Shown piece by piece: positions 9,916 to 19,173 of a stretch of 20,175 nt of DNA. Origin of the DNA: Octopus sinensis (Eukaryota); NCBI RefSeq assembly GCF_006345805.1, contig NW_021823982.1, positions 1 to 20,175 of the forward strand, given 5' to 3'. Numbering within the stretch: the stretch's first letter is position 1; each line of letters starts with the position of its first letter. The notes beneath the pieces are model-generated. The model was not told where the DNA came from. It saw only the letters and a list, made by a program, of their open reading frames with translations, and did no database searches. The position numbers and the translations under genes were made by a program.

Positions 9916-10733
9916 AAAAGCTGCTTACCGAGCGGATCCGCGGCTTGACTCGCACATGGCTTTTTTTTGCTGAGGAATTCCTCTTTATCCCGAGGCTATC
10001 ATACATCCTCCGTTCTTCGCCTTGTTTCGTTGCTCCCGATGCTTTACTTGCAATCGACACTCTATCCTCACCTCGCTGGTATCCCATCTCAACACGAGAC
10101 TCACTGCGTTGGTCTTACCCGTGCGTGCCTACCTATAACGTTCGGGGGGATCGGGATCGCTCCTGCAAGGACCTAGCCTTGCCTGCTATCTCTCTTCGAC
10201 CTCGGCATCCAGGAATTCGGTCTGCTCGGTTCTTTTTCCCCCTCGAACTCAACGAGCTTTCCGAATTCTCATCAGCCTCGCGCATTTGGTTGTCACTCGG
10301 TCTGGTTTTCCGACGATCCCTTCAGTCCAAAAGAACTGGGACGAAGTCTTTTGCTCAGACACTCTGTGCAACTCCGGTCAAAGTTGGACCAAGTCAAACT
10401 GGCATCTCTCAACTGCGCTTGCCAGCCGCATACGGGAGACTGGCTCAATGCACTCCCTACCCCTAGTACGGGACATCTCTGGACGACGAATCCTTACGGA
10501 TTGGATCTGCTTACGCTTGGGCCTGGACATCTGTCAGCCCCACCCATGCCGGTGCGGGTCCACAATCTCTCCGAACGGTTTGCACGCCTCTCGTGCAAGA
10601 AGAGTGCTGGTAGAATTCCTCACCACAATCACCTCAATGACGTCGTGAAAAGGGCTCTAGAGTCGGCAGGTTTCCCCTCCACTCTAGAGCCAGTCGGTCT
10701 CTGCCGGAGTGATGGAAAGCGTCCTGACGGGAT
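9916..10733 (+). mobile_element. CRE-like non-LTR copy 5, inverted 5' segment (RT thumb region to RLE start)
   Basis: PRLSYILRSSPCF, ACLPITFGGIGI, GDWLNALP, LRLGLDICQPHPCRCG, HHNHLNDVVKRAL, EPVGLCRSDGKRPDG. Ends in a 37-nt exact reverse complement of 9879-9915. Confidence 0.88.
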
Positions 10734-10934
10734 TTACTAAGTGTCTTATCTTTTACTAAAATAATTGATTTTTTGAACTCAGACGTAATTGGCATCCCAT
10801 CTGGAGTCTGACTTAACTAAGTAACTTATTTTTCTAATTTCTTTTATTTAAGGTAAAAAATAAAAATTTTCAATTCATTTCTTTTTTATTACTACAATTA
10901 AAAATTTTTAATCAAAGTTTAAATTAAACTACGA

Positions 10935-11620
10935 ATGTTCCGTTTGTTGTCATTCGTTTCCTTACCATCTTTCCGGTCAGATTGGGCATTCTCATCTCAG
11001 CCTCCCCCAGGACCGAATCCCAAAGCAACAAGAACCGTCATACTAATATCCACAATGGTCTCTCTCATGGTTGGAGTAGCATTAGCCTCTGTTCCATTAT
11101 ATCAACTCCTGTGCCGGGTTCCTCTTAATTGTGACCACTAAGTCAATGGATGGGCGGGGATCCCGATATGCCAAATCGACCAAGGACATAAGTCAAATGA
11201 CTCCAGTAGATGACCGTCTGATACACTGTCCGCTTCAATGCCAACAAGGCTTCCAACATTGCCTGAAAATTTACTTCCAAACAAGAGTCAATCAAAATTC
11301 GGCCAGGAGAGACTGCCCTTGCCTTTTTCTCTGCGACTAACCCGACAGACAAGACGGTGTGCGGAATATCAACTATAATGTAATCCAGGGTCGGCTGGAT
11401 TCTATTTTAACAAAATTCAGTGTTTCTGTTTGAAGAACAATTTCTGAACCCGCATGAACAGGTGGATTTACCCGTTTTCTACATTGATCCAGATTACGTA
11501 AAAAATCCGAGTTTATTAAATGTGAACGAAATTATGCTGAGTTATACATTCTATGAGGCCAAGGAGAGCTTCAATCTTCCCCTTCCAGATTTTCTCACTC
11601 AAGATCCTCCTAAAAATTAA
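10935..11620 (+). pseudogene. COX11: Cytochrome c oxidase copper chaperone COX11, full length but frameshifted
   Basis: Targeting peptide, TM helix ending ASVPLYQLLC, 25-nt intron 11118-11142, VRFNAN, IRPGETALAFF, NPTDK, YFNKIQCFCFEEQ, EQVDLPVFYIDP, LSYTFYEAK. At least three frameshifts and TGA at 11264-11266. Could be a real gene with sequencing errors. Confidence 0.85.
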
Positions 11621-11721
11621 TAGTTTTTATTTAAAATCTGAATTTCTAACATTTTCTTTTAAGGAAATTACAAGTTAAGTCTCTCAGGTCCTTTGGGGGT
11701 AACTAGGGAAGGCGTTGTTGT

Positions 11722-11768
11722 GCTGCTTAACTGTTGTTCTTGTACTTGGCTGGGTGACCGTCTGGAAA
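11722..11768 (+). other. Possible 5S rRNA-derived fragment
   Basis: GTACTTGGCTGGGTGACCGTCTGGAAA (11742-11768) resembles the 5S intermediate element/box C; GCTGCTTAACT (11722-11732) is the reverse complement of box A-like AGTTAAGCAGC. Confidence 0.3.
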
Positions 11769-12172
11769 CAAAATGTCTAATCATAAATATGGGATGCGGG
11801 AAAGGCCTCTATTTGTAATACCATACAATTAAATGGCATAGAAAGTGTGTTAAAACAATTGAATCATTTATTCATTTTTTAAAATTTCAATATCAATTGT
11901 ATCGAGTTTTTAAAAGTTTTGACCTTTTGAGATTTTGAATGTCAGGTCTCTGAAAACGAAATGATCAGACGATCTCCCATCTTTCTTTTCGAAAAAGACT
12001 TGGGAAAACAGTACTTTTTGAAAAATCAATTTAAATGCAATGAGTACACTTTGAGACTAGATTAACTCACAGAATAGAAAAACTATTTCATACCCTAAGG
12101 GTCCTCTTGCCTTAGCGTTAACAACAGGCCAGCGATTTATCCCTTCTCTACATTCGCTGAAAATAATTGTCG

Positions 12173-12523
12173 CAGTAAATAGGGATTCCGGAAATAGCGA
12201 TCCGTAGTAAATAGAGCGCCATAGTATTCAAATATAAATAAATTAAGCAATTATATGTCTATTAGTAATAATCATTTTTATTTTTGAAATGTTTTTATTT
12301 TTTGCAAAAATAATAAATTTTTATTGAGCATGGGATATCTATCGATGTGCAATTATGAAAGGGATCAGATTATTGATTATCTAGTCAATATTAATTTATA
12401 AAATTATCAAATTAACGAAAAAATCGTCCTGCACAGTATTTGTCTTTATAGATTTCTCTATGGACAATATAAAATTATAATTTTTTACTTCGGATCGCTA
12501 TTTCCTGGTATCTCTATTTACTG
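12173..12523. mobile_element. MITE, probably Tc1/pogo-related
   Basis: ~39-bp imperfect inverted repeats (CAGTAAATAGGGATTCCGGAAATAGCGATCCGTAGTAAA and 12485-12523) around an AT-rich non-coding core. TA on the right, CG on the left. Confidence 0.7.
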
Positions 12524-12592
12524 TAACAATAATTGTCTTTTTTGGGCCGAGAAAAAGATTTGAAACTGGAACTGAAGTCCGGACCTCAGGTA

Positions 12593-14020
12593 CAGTAAAA
12601 CCTCTGGTGCTCGTCACCTCTGTTACTCGCCACCTCTATACTCGCCACATATTTTTCAAAAAATTAAAAATTTCTAGTAAATTTTGATAAATATTCTATT
12701 GCTCGCCATTTTCTAAATCTCGCCATTAATTTTTAAAACTATTTTGTTGGTTAAACTTTTTTTATATAAAATATTTCAACCCGCTAAATTTAACATGCGT
12801 AAGTGCACAAGATTGTCTTTTAATGAAAAACGTCGCATTATTTCGTACATGGAGGAGAACAAAAGTCTCACGATGGACCGTATAGCTTACATTTTTTCTT
12901 CTGTTTTGAAGAAAAAAAATATCTCGAAGGTGTGAACGATTTAAGACTTGAAAAGAGAAAATAATATGTATACTGATCCTATTTTCTCCAATAAGAAGAG
13001 ATTATCTAACTTAACTTATTCTGTTATTGACACCGAACTATTAACTTGGATGGAATACATTGAGCTTAGAGGGGGGGTTTCTGGACGATAATTCAATTTT
13101 AACGAATAAGTAAAATAACATGGGATAGGCATCTAACATGACAACTAAAATTTTTAACGAATGGCTTCTAACATGGGATAGGCATCTAAAAAAACGAAAA
13201 ATTCTTTTAGTTGTGGATCGATGCCCATCCCATAAACTTTACGCTGATTTACAGTCAATTGAAGTTCTTTACCTACCTTCGAAGACTACAACAATTCTAC
13301 AACAATGGATCAAGGAATCTTAGATCCTTCAAAGGACATTTTAATAAATTAAATTTGAGTTTATGTTAGAAAAAATTGAAAATGGAGAAAATCCACTGGA
13401 AGCTCATAAAAAATAACTTTAAAAGACGGTCTTCTTTTTACATATTTTACCTGGAAAAAAGTAACGACCAAAACAATTACAAATTGTTTCGGACATCAAA
13501 ATGGATCGAATGTGAAAATCAATTCGAAAGACCAACTGTTGAAATTGATAATTATGATCAAATGGTAAATATCTTGAAAATATTGGACCCGGTGGATAAA
13601 GATGATTTTATTAATCATGAATTTACCGAAATAGATGAATTGAAGATTACCTTAATATTGCTGGAGATTCTTTTCCACACAAATATGACGATGAAGATAC
13701 TCATAATGACGAATCTCATGTGACTTCAGAAGAGGCTTTGAAAATGTTGAAAAGAATAAAGTCATTCTTTTATCAAAATGAAAATTTTGATATAAATTCG
13801 TTGGAACTAATCGAAACCGTTATTAAAAATATGGCTGAATTAAAAAAACTAAAGATTTTTTTAGTTAATTTTTTCCTTTTAATTTCTTTCGATTCTCTTT
13901 GTTCTTTGCTCGAATGTGACTTGGAAGGTTCACTTATGATGTTTTCAAAATTTATTGTCAACAAATTTATCGCCATTTTTTTTTCGGTCCCGAAAATGGC
14001 GAGCACCAGAGGTTTTACTG
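12593..14020 (+). mobile_element. pogo/Tigger DNA transposon, internally deleted
   Basis: TA|CAGTAAAACCTCTGGTGCTCG ... CGAGCACCAGAGGTTTTACTG|TA; subterminal CTCGCCA repeats at 12620-12726. Confidence 0.93.
12795..13870 (+). pseudogene. Tigger/CENP-B-like transposase remnant
   Basis: MRKCTRLSFNEKRRII (psq-type HTH), IDTELLTW, MTTKIFNEWL, KILLVVDRCPSH, LYLPSKTTTILQ, C-terminal TSEEALKML; frameshifts and a central deletion. End approximate. Confidence 0.85.
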
Positions 14021-14751
14021 TAATTAAATCAAACAATTAATCTTAATAATTTTTTTTCTTTTAGGACAGCTACTCGACAGAGAGGTCACCTATAGACACC
14101 TCTTTTTTTTTCCAGTTTCTTTCTTCTATCGATACGACTATTTGTCTCCTTCGCAACTAGGTGGTTGTCAACTTTTGTGCCATGTCTGTGTTTAGCGATT
14201 CATTTTACTAATTTTTCCATCCTTTTCTTGATTATCACTGATTGGATAGACCAGTGGTTCTCAACCTTTATTTTTGTATCGCCCCCTTGGAATTTTTTCG
14301 CCCCTCCAATTTTTATATCGCCCCTTATTTCATTAGTAAAAATTTTTATTTAAAAAATAAGAGTTTTAATGTAATCCTTGTGGTTGATGAAGATTGACAA
14401 GTTTTTCAAAATTTGTACTTCTTTTCGTAAGTGTAATTCTAATGTCGCCTCTTTCTTCTATATTAGTTTGTTTCTTTTTTTCCGATCATACTATTCAGAG
14501 TGCTGAATCCTCTCTCTACGCAGTATGATGTAGGAAAACATAATATTATTGGCATCATTTTTCCCATAATTTCGGGAATTTCATTTTTATAGATTTTCTC
14601 CCCAGAATTGTGTCAGGTTTCATTTTTAAATTTTATTTTCAGTTCTTCGTCGTTTTTAGTTCTATTAATTCTTCTTGACATTCATCATCAGAATTATAAT
14701 GAATGGGCAACCAAGGATTAATCATCCAATCAGAAAAGTTTAAATTAATTA

Positions 14752-16343
14752 CAGTGGGCCCAAAAAGTCATGCCACCACTTAATAAATTTTAGTATTTTA
14801 CGTTTTTACCCATAAAATATGAATTATTTTGACTTTTAATTATTTTTTTTGAAAAATTCAAAAGATTCTGATTTAGAAAATAATTTTAAATCTTTAAAAT
14901 TAGCGATAATTGACAAAAAAACATTTTTTTAATTTTTAGCGTTATTAAGAGTCAATAAGTGTTGGCACGATTCCTTATTAATATTTTGTTGCATGCCCTT
15001 TGCAACAATTACTGCTTCTAATCTTTTTTTGTATGTATTTATTAATTTAAAACATTCTTTTTTGGAAATTTTATTCCACTCCTCACGACAGAATGCTTTT
15101 AACTCCACTATATTTCTAGGTCTTCGGTTTCCTACCTTTATTTTCAACGTTTTCATAAATTTTCAATTGGGTTAAGTCAGGAGATTGACTAGGCCATTTC
15201 AGAACATTTATTCCATTATTATTAAGCCATTCAGTAGTTATTTAGCTTTATGTTTGGGATCGTTGTCGTGTTGAAACGTCCAATTGCTTCTTTGCTTTAA
15301 TTTATTGATGGACGGAACTAAACAATTTCCAAAATTTCGACGTACATCTTGGCATTCAATATTCCATCTATGAAAAATAGTTCACCTACTCCTTGAGACG
15401 AAAAACACGCCCATAACACTAAGCTGCCTCCTCCGTGCTTAACTGTAGGTATGGTACATTTTTTGTCATATTCTTGATTTTTTTACCTGAGGCCAAAAAG
15501 TTCAATTTTGGTTTCATCTGACCATAATATGTTCATTATATATTCTAAATCTTTATTTAAAAAATTCTGAGCGAATTTTAGTCGCGCTGATATATGGACT
15601 TTTCTTAGTAGAGGAATATGTCGTGCTCCTTTTATGAATTCTTGTTTGCGCAATGTATTAGTTATCGTAGATAACTCAACTTTGATTCCCACGGTCTCTA
15701 AATCATCTACCAGCTTGCTTCTAATAATTCTGGGATCATTTGCCACACTCCTTTTTATCATTGAATGAGAACGGCTCGATATCTTTTAGGTGCACCAGAC
15801 CTCGATTTATTGCAAACATTTTTTGTTCTTTCCAACGGACTATTATATTCCTTACTGAACTTTTCGGAATATTGAATTGTCTGGAAATTGGTTGTAACTT
15901 TTTTTTCTTGGTGGGACTTGACGATCATCTGTTTTAGCTCAAAAGAATATTCCTTCCGATTTCCATAAAGTAGTGCTAAAAACAACTGTTTCGTAATATC
16001 AATATTAATAATGAGTTATTAAGTAATAACAAAACTTTGTGAAGAAAAACTTTAAAGAAATAATCTGAAAGAATGACATTCTCTTATCATATGCACTTAA
16101 ACTAAAACTGTAGATATAAAAGTGCCAACACTTTTTGACCCTTCAATAACGCTAAAAATTAAAAAAAGTTGTTTTTTCTTTGTCAATTATTAATATTTTA
16201 AGGATTTAAAATTATTTTCTAAATCAGAATCTTTTGAATTTTTCAAAAAAAATAATTAAAAGTCAAAATACTTCATATTTTATGGGTAAAAACGTAAAAT
16301 ACTAAAATTTATTAAGTGGTGCCATGACTTTTTGGGCCCACTG
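14752..16343 (-). mobile_element. Tc1 element with ~217-bp TIRs nested in the hAT
   Basis: TA|CAGTGGGCCCAAAAAGTCATG ... CATGACTTTTTGGGCCCACTG|TA; long inverted repeats 14752-~14968 and ~16122-16343. Confidence 0.95.
14978..15966 (-). pseudogene. Tc1 transposase, frameshifted
   Basis: KEYSFELKQMIV, RSGAPK, ILWSDETKIELFG, TVKHGGGSL, FQHDNDPKH, WPSQSPDLNP, EEWNKI, HATKY*. Confidence 0.92.
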
Positions 16344-16995
16344 TAAATCTTCAAATCTTTTTTTCAAATCTTGTTCCAAAGATTCTAAATGAAATTCATA
16401 AATTTTCAGATCGTTGTCATCAAAAGTGTGGTCATAAAAATCGAATTTTCCAAATTTGCTATTACTTAAATTAAATTTGTAAAATTGAATTTTTTCAATG
16501 AATGTATTTATAATTCATTGCAATCAATTAAATTAACATAATCTCCTTGTAAAGCCAATGAAACTTCATTTAATTTTTAAAAAATCCAATTAAATAAAAA
16601 ATATTTTTTCTATAAATTTTGCAGGAATTAAACAATTTAAATTCTTCTTGTAATCTTAAAAAATCAACAATTGCATCAAATAATATCACAAAGATTTTGC
16701 AAATAATAACTCTTCTTGCAAAATAGAATCATCATCGAAATATCTTTATAAAAAGTATTTATAAAAAGTAATACCTTACATATGTACATATGCCATCAAA
16801 ATTGACTGATTATCAACGACAACTGATTCGTCAAGTTGGACTGAAAACTTGCGTTCTCTGAGAAAAAAATTAAAGATTGTTCAATTCATTAGAAATTTCA
16901 TCAATTCTTCTTCGTATAGTGTCGTTGCATAAGGAATAGTCTTCATAATATTTGAAGAATCTTTTTGTAAGATATCTTAATAATAAAATGGTATG

Positions 16996-17058
16996 GTGTG
17001 TGTCTGTCTGTGTGTCTGTCTGTCTGTGTGTCTGTCGTCTGTCTGTCTGTCTGTGTGT
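16996..17058. repeat. (GTCT)n/(GT)n microsatellite at the Helitron 5' end
   Basis: GTGTGTGTCTGTCTGTGTGTCTGTCTGTCTG... Confidence 0.95.
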
Positions 17059-17079
17059 GCACACCAACTTCAAATTGGC

Positions 17080-18161
17080 AATACGATGTCCTCGACTTAC
17101 ATGATGAGGTCCTTAAAACCTTCCCCCCAAAAAAAATTAAAAAAAAATTTTCTGCATTTTGGTTAAAATGAACAACTACGATGTCCTCGACTTACATGAT
17201 GAAGTCCTTAAAACCTTCCCCCCAAAAAAAATTAAAAAAAAAATTTTCTGCATTTTGGTTAAAATGAACAACTACAATGTCCTCGACTTACATGATGAAG
17301 TCCTTAAAACCTTCCCCCAAAAAAAATTAAAAAAAAATTTTCTGCATTTTGGTTAAATGAACAACTACAATGTCCTCGACTTACATGATGAGGTCCTTAA
17401 AACCTTCCCCCAAAAAAAATTAAAAAAAAATTTTCTGCATTTTGGTTAAATGAACAACTACAATGTCCTCGACTTACATGATGAAGTCCTTAAAACCTTC
17501 CCCCCAAAAAAAATTAAAAAAAAATTTTCTGCATTTTGGTTAAAATGAACAACTACAATGTCCTCGACTTACATGATGAAGTCCTTAAAACCTTCCCCCC
17601 AAAAAAAATTAAAAAAAAATTTCTGCATTTTGGTTAAAATGAACAACTACAATGTCCTCGACTTACATGATGAAGTCCTTAAAACCTTCCCCCCAAAAAA
17701 AATTAAAAAAAAAATTCTGCATTGGTTTAAAATGAACAACTACAATGTCCTCGACTTACATGATGAAGTCCTTAAAACCTTCCCCCCAAAAAAAATTAAA
17801 AAAAAAATTTTCTGCATTTTGGTTAAAATGAACAACTACAATGTCCTCAACTTACATGATGAAGTCCTTAAAACCTTCCCCCCAAAAAAATTAAAAAAAA
17901 ATTTTCTGCATTTTGGTTAAAATGAACAACTACAATGTCCTCGACTTACATGATGAAGTCCTTAAAACCTTCCCCCCAAAAAAAATTAAAAAAAAAATTT
18001 CTGCATTTTGGTTAAAATGAACAACTACAATGTCCTCGACTTACATGATGAAGTCCTTAAAACCTTCCCCCCAAAAAATCAAAAAATTATTTTCTGCATT
18101 TTGATTAAAATGAACAACGCGAATGTCCTCGACATTCATGATGAGGTCCATTAAAACCTTC
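17080..18161. repeat. Tandem array, ~94-bp unit, 11 full copies plus a partial 12th
   Basis: ATGTCCTC anchor at 17086, 17181, 17277, 17370, 17463, 17558, 17652, 17745, 17841, 17935, 18030, 18123; period 93-96 bp, varying mostly in homopolymer runs. Confidence 0.97.
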
Positions 18162-18371
18162 AAGGCAAAAATCTCACGTATTAAGAATATCCTTGATGAA
18201 AACGACAGCGAGAATATTAACAATGATGAACTCCCAATTATTCGCGATAAAGAAATTCAATTCATCCTATGTTTTTCTCTTTAAAATTAAATGCATATAT
18301 CATTATCGACCATGAATCAAAATTAAAGCTATTATCATATTTGACTTTGACAGAATGTGCAATCACAGATT

Positions 18372-18573
18372 GCACGACTTTGAATAGAGTGTGCAATTAA
18401 CAGATTTTGAAAAACCACTTTGATAGTTGAAACCAGATTAGCACAATCATTAACACAATTTACCACCAATTGACGCACGACCTTGAATAGAGTGCAATAA
18501 CTGATTTTGAAAAACACTTTGATAGTTGAAACCACATTAGCACAATCATTAACACAATTTACCACCAATTGAC
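18372..18573. repeat. Two-copy ~100-bp tandem duplication
   Basis: GCACGAC(T/C)TTGAATAGAG...TTTACCACCAATTGAC occurs twice. Confidence 0.9.
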
Positions 18574-18617
18574 AGCGCAATCAGAAGAATTTGCGTAAAA
18601 ATATTAGCTATTTAGTT

Positions 18618-18832
18618 AAGTTTTTCGTGAAGATAGAATTTATTTTCGGTATGCCTCTTTTCCTAAATTTTTTATTATTCAAAAATAATTTTTTCAATAG
18701 ATAACCGAAAGAGGGAAGACGACCTTAAGAAGAAGTTTTTCGTAAAGATAGAATTTATTTTCTGTATGCCTCTTTTTTCCTAATATTTTTATTATTCAAA
18801 AATAATTTTTTAAATAGATAACCGAAGGAGGA
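18618..18832. repeat. Two-copy ~115-bp tandem duplication
   Basis: AAGTTTTTCGT(G/A)AAGATAGAATTTATTTTC...ATAGATAACCGAA occurs twice. Confidence 0.9.
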
Positions 18833-18855
18833 AAAAATGAAGCTGAAGAAAGATG

Positions 18856-19173
18856 GCTAACGTAATAGAGGCGACGATATTAACAGGTAAGTATTGAGGT
18901 GAGGATGTTTATATTCCACGAATTCCGATAATTTCTGATGAATTACCATTTAGATTTAAAAGGCTGCAATTTCCTTTGAGGATGAGTTTTGCAATGACAA
19001 TAAACAAGGCCCAGGGACAGTCATTAAAGGTAGTTGGGTTTTTTAGAGAGTGAGTGCTTTTCACATGGCAGCTGTATGTGGGATGCTCGAGGGTAGGCAG
19101 AAGAGAAAATTTATTCATATATGCCAAGGAAGGACGGACGACAAACATCGTTTATCAACAGGCGATAGAATAG
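18856..19173 (+). pseudogene. Helitron PIF1-like helicase C-terminal fragment
   Basis: [24 protein letters not shown]...[30 protein letters not shown]...QLYVGCSRV...TTNIVYQQAIE*. Confidence 0.92.

Noticed and set aside
4261-10648. Antisense ORFs over the CRE-like fragments (e.g. 4261-4530, 5069-5410, 8508-8765)
   Set aside because: GC-rich opposite-strand shadows of the RLE coding frame.
4284-10733. Repeated RPDG nuclease ORFs as a host nuclease gene family or defence system
   Set aside because: 5' truncation, A-rich tails, TSDs, frameshifts and RT-thumb sequence in copy 5 identify them as retrotransposon remnants.
13117-13188. 20-bp direct repeat TAACATGGGATAGGCATCTA in the pogo element
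   Set aside because: Best explained as templated filler at the internal deletion breakpoint, not a functional site.
17080-18161. CRISPR array, or repeat-protein ORFs (17159-17356, 17558-17920)
   Set aside because: There are no unique spacers and no cas genes, and the context is eukaryotic. Unit length is often not a multiple of 3, so the ORFs are incidental.
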